A stretch of 64,000 nt of DNA from Spirochaetes bacterium GWE1_32_154 (GTDB taxonomy: Bacteria; Spirochaetota; GWE2-31-10): positions 69,403 through 133,402 of the forward strand of contig MIAY01000011.1 in the NCBI GenBank assembly GCA_001829315.1. Reading direction: 5' to 3'. Made by a program: the position numbers and the translations under genes. The notes beneath the pieces were generated by a model. It was not told the DNA's origin. It was given only the letters and a program-made list of their open reading frames with translations, and did no database searches. Positions 48,217-57,415 of the stretch are shown piece after piece (position 1 is the first letter of the stretch; each line of letters starts with the position of its first letter).

Positions 48217-50874
48217 ATGGAAGTTGAAATGAGTAGTAACAAAAATGAATTTAATCCAGACACTAATGTAAAAAAGAGTTATTTAGGTAAAATATTCGGG
48301 AGTTTGCTTTTTATACTGATTGGGGCTTTTTTTGCTTATTCAGTTTTTCATCAGTATAATAAATTATTAATACCAACTTTAATTATTCTTGTCACAGGTG
48401 TTATTTTATTGACTATTTGGGTTGATGGCTTATATATTTACAGGTATTTGTTACCTGCAATGATTATAATTTTAGTTTTTACGGTATATCCTATTGGCTA
48501 TACCGTGTTTATTGCATTTACAAATTATGGTACTGGTCATTTAATGGTAAAAGAAGATGCAAAAGCGCAGATTCTACGAGGTAAGTGGATAATTGATTAC
48601 AATGAAAAACCATTGTATGCAGAATTTTTTGTTTCAGACGATTATGTTGAAAAATTTAATAAGGTCTGGAATATCGAAAGAGCAAAATTTGTTAAGGAAG
48701 TTGAAAAAGCAAAAGAAAATTATTTCAAGAACCTGGCTGCATCCGGTCAGAAGGCTAATCCCGATGATATTATTGAAGATGATATTAAGGAAGTGCTTGA
48801 TATTAAAGATAGATGGTATGATGTTGCGCAACCAAAAATTATTGATGATATGTTATCGAAGGTAAAAATCGAAGATTTTAAAGTTATAGCATATAATTCT
48901 GATGAAGTTGAGATTCAGGTAAAAGCTGATGAAGATGTTGATTTAAAAAAGAAAAGCAAAACTGATGAAGAAGTTGTTGTAACTGAAAAACCGGAGATAA
49001 TTGCGTATACTGGTATGTATACAATATTAAAAGATACAAAAGAGCAAATATTTGAATTAAAACCGGAAAGTTTTGATAATCTGGATAGTTTTGTTTCCGG
49101 TATGACTTTGATAAGTGATAAAGTAAGAAAAATTGTTGATACTACAATAAAAGATAATGATACCGCTGAAGATTCTTTTGATAGTTACGAAGGGTATAAA
49201 GACGAGTTTTATGCAGAATCCTATACGTTTAATATTAGAGATTTTTCAAATTTACTGGATAATTTAAGAGAGAATATTCCATTAGCTTTATATGTTGAAG
49301 AAATTGGAGATTACAAGAGATTTCTCAATAGTATCGGTAATGAATTTATGAGAAAGATGAAAGGATTTACTCTCATTAATAATGAAATTTATATGCTTGT
49401 AGATCATGGAAATGGTTTATATAAATACTCAAAAAGAGTATTTGAAGATGATTATCTAGGTAGTTTTGTTGTTACAAAAGATGATAAAGATGTGAATTAC
49501 TGGAAAGAATATGCTATAAAATCACCTGATTTCAATTATGGAATTTTTTCAATTTCAAGTAATTCTGAAGTAGAAAGGTATTTAACTTCAATATTAAATA
49601 ATGAAGGCATATTTGAAAAAATTAATTCGATTACCGGTGATTCAGTTGTTGGTAAACCTATTGATGAAGTTAACAGTTCTGATATTAAAAAAATCAAACT
49701 GGAACTTAATAACGTTAACAAATATGTAAATGATTTTAATAAAAGAAATTCTCAGTTGAAGAAAGATTATTATCAAATGAAAAAAATTGAGCTTTCAAAG
49801 ATTGATGAAGCAGCTAATTCTAAGATAAATACATTAGAAAAAGAAGTTATTGAACTTAAGAAAAATATGAAAGAACTTAAAAAGTTGCCAAAGTCATATA
49901 AGACTTATATGGATATTAATAATATTACTATCCGATTAAATGTTATAACAACACAAGTAAGGCAACAGAAGAAAGAAATACGCGGGCGAAAAACCCAGTT
50001 AAATAAGATTCAATTTCCTTATTTGAATAAAGCTCAATTGGTTGTTAAAGTAGCAAGTAATGTTGATTATGAACAGAATATCGAGCCTGGTTTTGTTGCT
50101 ACAATAGGAATGAGAAATTTTACTAAGATATTTGCAACAAGAAATATAACAGCACCATTTATGAGAGTTTTTTTATGGACAGTATTATGGTCTTTCTTTT
50201 CTGTTGTAACTGCATTTGCAGTGGGGCTTGCTTTAGCTTTAGTTTTTAATGCAGGTGATTTAAAAGGCAGATTTTTTTACAGAACGCTTTTTATTCTACC
50301 GTATGCTATTCCTTCATTTGTTTCGGTACTTATGTGGAGTGGTTTTCTAAATGATGAATTTGGTGTTATAAATCTTGCATTAGGTTTAGATATACCATGG
50401 TTACAGGATCCAAGTGGAATTATGCCTAAAATAAGCTGTATTCTGGTTAATTTATGGTTAAGTTTTCCTTATATGATGATAATAAGTTTAGGTGCATTAC
50501 AATCAATTGATGATTCAATGTATGAGGCCGCAGATGTTGATGGTGCAAGTAAGTTTCAGCAATTCTGGGGGATTACGCTTCCATTACTGTTGATTGCTTT
50601 AGGTCCGATGTTAGTTGGTTCGTTTGCATTCGCATTTAATAATTTTGCAGGTATTTACCTGTTAAATGCCGGTGGTCCGGTTATGGCAAGTGGTGTTTTA
50701 CCTGGTCATACTGATATTCTTATCTCATATACGTATAAACTTGCTTTTGGTCCTAATCAAACCGATTATGGTTTAGCGTCTGCAATTGGTATTATAGTAT
50801 TTTTTATCATAGGTTCTATAACCTTCTTTAACTTTAAGTTTACAGGTACTTTCAAGGAGGTTGATAATGCTTAA
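48217..50874 (+). CDS. malF: maltose ABC transporter permease MalF with a periplasmic insertion of about 530 aa
   Basis: EAA loop YEAADVDGASKFQQFWGITLPLL (cf. E. coli MalF YEASAMDGAGPFQNFFKITLPLL). Three N-terminal TM, then a long hydrophilic Lys/Glu-rich region (aa about 105-640). Confidence 0.85.
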   Translation: MEVEMSSNKNEFNPDTNVKKSYLGKIFGSLLFILIGAFFAYSVFHQYNKLLIPTLIILVTGVILLTIWVDGLYIYRYLLPAMIIILVFTVYPIGYTVFIAFTNYGTGHLMVKEDAKAQILRGKWIIDYNEKPLYAEFFVSDDYVEKFNKVWNIERAKFVKEVEKAKENYFKNLAASGQKANPDDIIEDDIKEVLDIKDRWYDVAQPKIIDDMLSKVKIEDFKVIAYNSDEVEIQVKADEDVDLKKKSKTDEEVVVTEKPEIIAYTGMYTILKDTKEQIFELKPESFDNLDSFVSGMTLISDKVRKIVDTTIKDNDTAEDSFDSYEGYKDEFYAESYTFNIRDFSNLLDNLRENIPLALYVEEIGDYKRFLNSIGNEFMRKMKGFTLINNEIYMLVDHGNGLYKYSKRVFEDDYLGSFVVTKDDKDVNYWKEYAIKSPDFNYGIFSISSNSEVERYLTSILNNEGIFEKINSITGDSVVGKPIDEVNSSDIKKIKLELNNVNKYVNDFNKRNSQLKKDYYQMKKIELSKIDEAANSKINTLEKEVIELKKNMKELKKLPKSYKTYMDINNITIRLNVITTQVRQQKKEIRGRKTQLNKIQFPYLNKAQLVVKVASNVDYEQNIEPGFVATIGMRNFTKIFATRNITAPFMRVFLWTVLWSFFSVVTAFAVGLALALVFNAGDLKGRFFYRTLFILPYAIPSFVSVLMWSGFLNDEFGVINLALGLDIPWLQDPSGIMPKISCILVNLWLSFPYMMIISLGALQSIDDSMYEAADVDGASKFQQFWGITLPLLLIALGPMLVGSFAFAFNNFAGIYLLNAGGPVMASGVLPGHTDILISYTYKLAFGPNQTDYGLASAIGIIVFFIIGSITFFNFKFTGTFKEVDNA

Positions 50875-52120
50875 TAAAAAAAATACAATAACTTCAGTAG
50901 TAAGAGAAGTATTTCAGCACGTTGTTCTGCTTGTTGTTGCATTTATTGTTTTATTACCTATTACAGAAGTCGCTCTTTCTGGTTTTAGAAAGAATCAGGC
51001 TATTTTCGGGCCTCATATTGGTTTGGTACCAATTATTGATACTAATGTTTGGATTGACTCTACAAATCCTGATCGAAGATCAAATATCATTAAAAAATCA
51101 ATGATTGTGAAAAGATTTACTAACGCAATTGATGGTTTTTCTTTTGAAGAGATTATGGATATGGAAGTTAATAAAAAATTGAAATTAAATATTGATGGCA
51201 ATGTTGTCAAAAAAGATTTCAAAAATTATATTTACAGCAATGGAAAGCTTGATTTACTTGATACATTTATCAGCAGTCTTAAGCAATGGGAATCAACTGC
51301 GTCTACAAAAAGTGTTGAAAATGTCAGAACTATGTTTTTTACAAATTCATATAGTGATCAACTCAAATTTGTTTATGATATTCGATTCACTTTTGATAAT
51401 TTCAAAATCTTTTTTTCCGGTTATGGTGTTCCTGATTCACCCACAGCTAAGTTTCCTATGTTTACCTGGTTTCTTAATTCTATATTGATTTCCGGTTCTG
51501 TAGCAATCTTACAGTTAATTGTTACTGCTTTGGCCGGTTATGCTTTAAGCCGATTTAATTTTGTTGGTAAGAAAGTTGGTCTGATGACGATTTTAACTAT
51601 TCAGGTTTTCCCCGGAACTATGGCAATGGTAGCTTTATACTTATTGCTATTGTATCTTGGAAGGATCACTCCAATATTGGGGTTGAATAGTAAAGTCGGT
51701 TTGATTTTAATCTATCTTGGTGGCGGTATACCTTTTAATGTCTGGCTTGTAAAAGGTTATTTTGATACTGTTCCAAAAGCATTGGAAGAATCTGCAATGA
51801 TTGATGGTGCTACTCCGTGGCAAGCATTTGTCACAATTATTTTGCCTCTTGTCCGACCGATATTAGCTGTTGTTACAATTCTTTCTTTTGTTGGTATGTA
51901 TAATGAGTTTGTTCTTGCCGCTGTTATTTTAACATCACAGGACAATTTTACATTACCGGTTGGGTTACAGGCTTTTATTCAGTCTCAAGGTGCAATGAAT
52001 ACCCGATTTGGTATTTTTAGTGCTGCATCTTTTATCGGTTCTTTACCGATTGTTGTATTATGGCTACTCCTTCAAAATCAGATTATATCAGGTTTAACCG
52101 GTGGATCTGTCAAAGGTTAA
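50867..52120 (+). CDS. malG: maltose ABC transporter permease MalG with an enlarged first periplasmic loop
   Basis: [22 protein letters not shown] (cf. E. coli MalG [22 protein letters not shown]). ATG 50867 lies 8 nt after AAGGAGG. Confidence 0.85.
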   Translation: [417 protein letters not shown]

Positions 52121-52149
52121 AAAAAAAGGGGCAAAAGCCCCTTTTTTTA
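52120..52149. terminator. intrinsic terminator after malG (A-tract/hairpin/T-tract, bidirectional shape)
   Basis: AAAAAAAA GGGGC AAAA GCCCC TTTTTTT. Confidence 0.85.
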
Positions 52150-52178
52150 TTGACTCTATCACATTTTATTATTATATT
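52150..52178 (+). promoter_or_regulatory. candidate sigma70 promoter of htpG
   Basis: TTGACT (52150-55), 17 nt, TATATT (52173-78), 57 nt upstream of the ATG. Confidence 0.5.
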
Positions 52179-52235
52179 TTCGTAGTCAAATAAAAAATCA
52201 TATATTTTATTTTTAATCATTATGGAGGATTTTGA

Positions 52236-54095
52236 ATGTCTGTAGAAACTAACGAAGAAAAAGGTCATATTTCAATTCATACCGAAAATATTCTACCTAT
52301 TATAAAGAAATGGCTTTATTCAGATAGGGAAATATTTATAAGGGAACTTATATCTAATGCCGTTGATGCTAATACTAAATTAAAGCATATTGCTTTATCG
52401 GGAGAATATACTACTAATCTTGAAGAATTGGTTGTTGAGGTGACTGTAGATAAAGAGAAGAAAACAATTTCAATCAAAGATAATGGTATTGGTATGACTT
52501 CTGATGAAATTAAGAAATATATCAACCAGATTGCATTTTCAGGTGCTGAAGATTTTATGAAATCTCATCAGGCAAAAGGTGATATTAATGAAATAATCGG
52601 TCACTTTGGTTTAGGTTTTTACTCAGCATTTATGGTAAGTAATAAAGTAGAAATCATTACAAAATCATATAAAGAAGAAGGTGCTGTTCATTGGGAAAAC
52701 GATGGTGGTACAGAATTTATTTTAAATAGTTCTGATAAGCAAGATAGAGGAACTGAGATTATATTAAATATCAGTGATGACAGCGCAGAGTTTCTTGAAG
52801 TAACAAAGATTAGAGAAATTGTAGAGAAATATTGTAAATTTCTTCCTTATCCAATTAAATTAAATGGTTCGTTAATCAATGAAAATAGTCCTTTATGGAT
52901 TAAAAGACCATCAGATGTTAAAGATGAAGAATATAAAGAATTTTATGGTAAACTTTTTCCATACGAAGATGAACCTTTATTCTGGATTCATCTTGATGTG
53001 GAAGTTCCGTTCAGATTAAAAGGTATTTTATATTTTCCTAAAATTAAGCATGAATTAGATAGTTCAAAAGGCAGAATAAAATTATACTGTAATAATGTTT
53101 TTGTTACAGATAATGCCAAAGAGGTTATTCCTGATTTTCTAACGTTGTTGCAAGGTACTCTTGATATAGCAGATTTACCATTGAATGTTTCTCGATCTTA
53201 TTTACAAAATGATCCGTATGTAAAGAAAATTTCAGAGCATATAACAAAGAAAGTTGCTGATAAGCTTAATGAATTATTTAAAAGTGATAGAACAAAGTTT
53301 GAAAGTTTCTGGGATGATATTAGTATTTTTGTTAAATACGGTATGATGAATAATGAGAAGTTTAATGAAAAAGTTAAACCTATGATTTTATTTAAAACTT
53401 CAGATGGTGTTTATAAAACACTTGAGGAATACAAAGAAAAAAATAAGGGTGTTAATAAAGAAAAAGACGGTAAGCAAATAATTCTTTATTCTTCTGACCC
53501 TGAAAAACAAGTTGCTTTAATTGATATGGTTAAAAAACAAGGTTTAGAAGTTATTTATTTCAATTCAATGATAGATGTACATTTTATTCAATTTGTAGAA
53601 ATGAAGGAATCGGGTATTTCATTTATTAGAATAGACAGTGATTCTAATGAAATGTTACATGGTGAAGATGATACAAAAGTTGTTGATGAAAATAATCAGA
53701 CTGTTAATGATCACATGAAAACTTTTTTTGAATCAATTTTAAAAGAAGATGAAAAATATAAAGTCGAAATTAAAGTAAAGAATATGAAGGATAACAGTAT
53801 TCCTGCAATGATTGTTTTCTCTGAACATTTACGAAGATTTAAAGAAATGAATTTCATGCATAATAGAGATCAGAATATTGATTTATTTGGAGATCATACT
53901 TTAATAATTAATGCCGGTAATGATATTATCAAAAAGATTTATGATAATAAAGATAATGCAGAAAAGAAGGAAATTATTAATTCTATGGTTCAAAATGTTT
54001 ATGATTTGGCTCTACTTTCACAGGATAATTTAAAAGGTGAACGACTGGTGCAATATATAAACAGAGCTAATACTATTCTTGGTAATGTGCTTTAA
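52236..54095 (+). CDS. htpG: molecular chaperone HtpG (Hsp90)
   Basis: LYSDREIFIRELISNAVDA, IGHFGLGFYSAFMV and LNVSRSYLQ Hsp90 signatures. 619 aa. Confidence 0.95.
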   Translation: MSVETNEEKGHISIHTENILPIIKKWLYSDREIFIRELISNAVDANTKLKHIALSGEYTTNLEELVVEVTVDKEKKTISIKDNGIGMTSDEIKKYINQIAFSGAEDFMKSHQAKGDINEIIGHFGLGFYSAFMVSNKVEIITKSYKEEGAVHWENDGGTEFILNSSDKQDRGTEIILNISDDSAEFLEVTKIREIVEKYCKFLPYPIKLNGSLINENSPLWIKRPSDVKDEEYKEFYGKLFPYEDEPLFWIHLDVEVPFRLKGILYFPKIKHELDSSKGRIKLYCNNVFVTDNAKEVIPDFLTLLQGTLDIADLPLNVSRSYLQNDPYVKKISEHITKKVADKLNELFKSDRTKFESFWDDISIFVKYGMMNNEKFNEKVKPMILFKTSDGVYKTLEEYKEKNKGVNKEKDGKQIILYSSDPEKQVALIDMVKKQGLEVIYFNSMIDVHFIQFVEMKESGISFIRIDSDSNEMLHGEDDTKVVDENNQTVNDHMKTFFESILKEDEKYKVEIKVKNMKDNSIPAMIVFSEHLRRFKEMNFMHNRDQNIDLFGDHTLIINAGNDIIKKIYDNKDNAEKKEIINSMVQNVYDLALLSQDNLKGERLVQYINRANTILGNVL

Positions 54096-54112
54096 ATAAA
54101 ACTACAATAAAT

Positions 54113-54145
54113 AAAAATGAGCTGATTTATTCAGCTCATTTTTTA
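54113..54145. terminator. bidirectional intrinsic terminator between htpG and the convergent gene
   Basis: AAAA ATGAGCTGA tttat TCAGCTCAT TTTTT. The T-tract overlaps the stop codon of the minus-strand gene. Confidence 0.85.
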
Positions 54146-54964
54146 TAATGATGTTCTAATGATTTTTAACATTTCATCAGCAGATGATATCTCTATCGGT
54201 ATGCTAAGTGTAATTGTAATGCCTGACTCTCCATATAATTTAGATGTGGGAGAAAATGTTATATTCGCTTTTGTATCTGCACGCATTTTAGCAAAACCCA
54301 ATCGCGAACTTTCTTTTTCACCATTCAGGTTTTCCTCCCCTGTTTCAATCCGGTTTTTCATAACTTCCAGATATGCTTCATCAGGGTCTTCAAATTGATT
54401 AATTTCTTTAATTCCTGCTTGTAACTTTTCAATTTGATCAGTTGTTTCTTTTGAATTTCTGTCGGCATAGTTATTTTCAAGTTTTATTATAAGCGGATAT
54501 TCACCTGAGAAAAAACCGGCTGTAAGAGAGAAATCTCGGTTTGTATATTTAAATGTATTTTCTAATAGCTCACTTATTGCGTTTGCGATTAAGCTTAATT
54601 CTTTAGTATATGGTAATTTTTTTTTGACATTGAAGTAAACAAAATCAAATATTTTAATAAGCATGGTATTAAGTGCTTCAAATTGATATTCTTTCTTTTT
54701 TATCACATTAAAAAAAGTGTCTTCTAAAAGGTCATTTTCATCAAGAACTTTTTTTATAGAACTTTCATACATGATGTCTGTGATTTCATTGCCATATAAT
54801 AAACGCTCAAGTTTTTTATAAAAAATTCTGGATAGAATTTCAATATGCCCCCATTCTTCAATCTTTCCTTTAAGTCTGAAAGAGCTTTTTCCATTGGTAA
54901 TTTTTGTATTATCATAAACAAACTTATAGTTTAATATATGTTTTCGTTCAGCTTTCATACCCAT
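54143..54964 (-). CDS. hypothetical protein with possible GHKL/HATPase-like C-terminal half
   Basis: 273 aa. LIANAISELLENTFKYT resembles an N-box and SSRLGFAKMR a G-box. No HisKA or partner gene is evident. Confidence 0.5.
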   Translation of the reverse strand: MGMKAERKHILNYKFVYDNTKITNGKSSFRLKGKIEEWGHIEILSRIFYKKLERLLYGNEITDIMYESSIKKVLDENDLLEDTFFNVIKKKEYQFEALNTMLIKIFDFVYFNVKKKLPYTKELSLIANAISELLENTFKYTNRDFSLTAGFFSGEYPLIIKLENNYADRNSKETTDQIEKLQAGIKEINQFEDPDEAYLEVMKNRIETGEENLNGEKESSRLGFAKMRADTKANITFSPTSKLYGESGITITLSIPIEISSADEMLKIIRTSL

Positions 54965-55150
54965 TTGATAACCTCAAAGTTAAGATATTTGAATAGGATT
55001 ATACAACTTTTTTTAATTATTAAATAGTAAAAAATAATCTTAATAATTAACTTTTAAAAAAAAATATTTAATGATATATTATACCGTTTTTTATATAGTA
55101 TCTACTAAATTTATAAAACATGATTTAATGTATTTTGATGGGGGCATTTA

Positions 55151-57415
55151 ATGAATGAATATTCTGGAAAATCGGTCTTAATTATTGGGGCTGGTTTATT
55201 ACAAGTTCCGGCAATTAAAACTGCATCAGAGATGGGTTTAACGACAGTTGTTACTGATTATAATGACAATGCCCCCGGTATGAAAATTGCGGATTTTCCA
55301 ATTATTGTGTCAACTAAAGATATTGATGGCACCGTAAGGAAAGCAAAAGAATTTAATGCTAAACATAAGATTGATGGTGTTATAACTGTTGGTACTGATG
55401 CTTCAATGACAGTTTCGGCAGTTTCAAACGCATTAAAATTACCCGGAATCAAATTCGAAGATGCTGAAGCAGCAAGTAATAAAATAAAAATGAGAGAACG
55501 CTTAAAGCAAAAAAAAGTTCCAATACCGGAATTTAGAAAATGCTGGAGTCTTGATGAATTATTCTCTGCAGCAAGCGAATTAACATATCCGGTAGTATTA
55601 AAACCAGCTGATAATATGGGTGCTCGTGGTGTCATGAAAATAGAAAATGAAATGATGCTGGAAAAAGCATATCATAATGCAAAAAGTGCAAGCCCGTCCG
55701 GAGAATTAATAGTAGAAGAATATATGGCAGGACCTGAGCTTTCCATTGACGCTTTGATATATAATAATGAAATATACATAACAGGTATTGCAGACAGGAT
55801 TATTGAAAGAGAACCGTATTTTATAGAAATTGGTCATGTAATGCCATCTGCATTAGATCAGGCATTATTAGATGATGCTGTAAGGGTTTTTAAACTTGGT
55901 ATAAAAGCATTAGGTTTAACAATTGGTGCTGCAAAAGGGGATATAAAAATAACTAAAACCGGTGCAAAGATTGGTGAAATCGCAGCTCGATTGTCCGGTG
56001 GTTTTATGTCGGCATATACCTATCCTTATTCATCCGGTGTTAATCTAATTAGAAACGCAATTGATATATCACTTGGCTATAAACCATCTAATTTAGTTCC
56101 CACAAGAAATCATGTAGCAATTGAACGGGCAATAATTCCTAATCCCGGTATAGTTAAAAGTATTGTAGGCATTGATAGTGCTTATAGTATTAATGGTGTA
56201 AAAAATGTTTTTGTTCATGTTTCTATTGGAGATGAGGTTTTTGAACCAAAAAGTAATGTAGAAAAACCATTAAATTTTATTGTTGTTCGTGAAAATCGTG
56301 AGGAAGCCTGGAAAACCGTAGAAGAAGTTGAAAGGGTTCTTGCAGTTGTTACCGATGATAAGCAACGTGTAAGTTTTCAGGAAATAAATCACAAAGCACG
56401 TGAACGGTTCAATAGAGCGTGTTATGCTTGTGTTGAATGTAATGGAGTTGAGTGTAAGGGGAAAATCCCCGGAATGGGTGGATATGGGAGTGGCGCATCA
56501 TTTATACGAAACTGCGATGATGTACGAAAAGTTTTAATAAATACAAGAGTTATACATAACGTAAAAACGGTGGATACGAGTTCAAACTTTTTCGGTATTG
56601 ATTTAAAGATTCCTTTATTAATTGCACCAATTACAGGGGCTGATATTAACTTAGGCGGTCAAATCAGCGAGTTGGAATATGATGAGGAATTATTGCATGG
56701 TGCCAAATTATCAGGTGTTTTTGCTTTTGTTGGAGATGGCGCTCAACCTTATCTTTATAGAACGGGTCTTGAGGCATTAAAAGAAGTTGATGGATTTGGT
56801 GGTGCGATTTTTAAACCTCGAAAAAATCAGACTGATATCATAAAAAGAATTAAAGAGGCTGAAGATATTAATATTCGTATGGTAGGGCTTGATATTGATG
56901 CAGCAGCTTTTTTGACAATGGAAATGATGGGACAGGCTGTTTCTACTAAAACTGTCTATGAACTAAAAGAAGTTATATCGTCAACAAACCTTCCTTTTAT
57001 AGTAAAGGGTATCATGACTGTTGAAGATGCACATTGTGCTGTAGAAGCAGGAGCTAAAGCTATCGTTATCAGTAATCATGGCGGAAGGATTACTGACAGT
57101 CACTCTTCTTCTATTTCAATGCTTAGTGCAATTAAAAAAGCTGTTGATTCAAAATGTAAAATCATTTTAGATGGCGGATTACGAAGCGGTGAAGATATTT
57201 TTAAAGCAATTGCACTTGGTGCTGATTATTGTATGATAGGCAGACCATTTGCTGTTTCAATATTAGGCGGGGGAAGAGACGGCGTTAAAATTCTGGTTGA
57301 TAAATATCACTATGAATTAAAAAGAATCATGATTTTAACCGGTGCAGAAACTATTTCAGATATATCTGAAAATATGGTTAATGCTGATTTACTTACTTCC
57401 CAACGCAGAATGTAG
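55151..57415 (+). CDS. fusion protein: N-terminal ATP-grasp ligase plus C-terminal FMN-dependent alpha-hydroxy-acid dehydrogenase/oxidase-like TIM barrel
   Basis: ATP-grasp: YPVVLKPADNMGARGV, ELIVEEYMAGPELSID, GAAKGDIK. Linker CYACVECNGVECKG. C-terminus: PFIVKGI, ISNHGGR, DGGLRSGEDIFKAIALGADYCMIGRPF. Confidence 0.7.
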   Translation: MNEYSGKSVLIIGAGLLQVPAIKTASEMGLTTVVTDYNDNAPGMKIADFPIIVSTKDIDGTVRKAKEFNAKHKIDGVITVGTDASMTVSAVSNALKLPGIKFEDAEAASNKIKMRERLKQKKVPIPEFRKCWSLDELFSAASELTYPVVLKPADNMGARGVMKIENEMMLEKAYHNAKSASPSGELIVEEYMAGPELSIDALIYNNEIYITGIADRIIEREPYFIEIGHVMPSALDQALLDDAVRVFKLGIKALGLTIGAAKGDIKITKTGAKIGEIAARLSGGFMSAYTYPYSSGVNLIRNAIDISLGYKPSNLVPTRNHVAIERAIIPNPGIVKSIVGIDSAYSINGVKNVFVHVSIGDEVFEPKSNVEKPLNFIVVRENREEAWKTVEEVERVLAVVTDDKQRVSFQEINHKARERFNRACYACVECNGVECKGKIPGMGGYGSGASFIRNCDDVRKVLINTRVIHNVKTVDTSSNFFGIDLKIPLLIAPITGADINLGGQISELEYDEELLHGAKLSGVFAFVGDGAQPYLYRTGLEALKEVDGFGGAIFKPRKNQTDIIKRIKEAEDINIRMVGLDIDAAAFLTMEMMGQAVSTKTVYELKEVISSTNLPFIVKGIMTVEDAHCAVEAGAKAIVISNHGGRITDSHSSSISMLSAIKKAVDSKCKIILDGGLRSGEDIFKAIALGADYCMIGRPFAVSILGGGRDGVKILVDKYHYELKRIMILTGAETISDISENMVNADLLTSQRRM

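Noticed and set aside
52150-52235. CIRCE or other heat-shock operator upstream of htpG
   Set aside because: No TTAGCACTC-N9-GAGTGCTAA-like inverted repeat is present. Only a sigma70-like TTGACT-17-TATATT was found.
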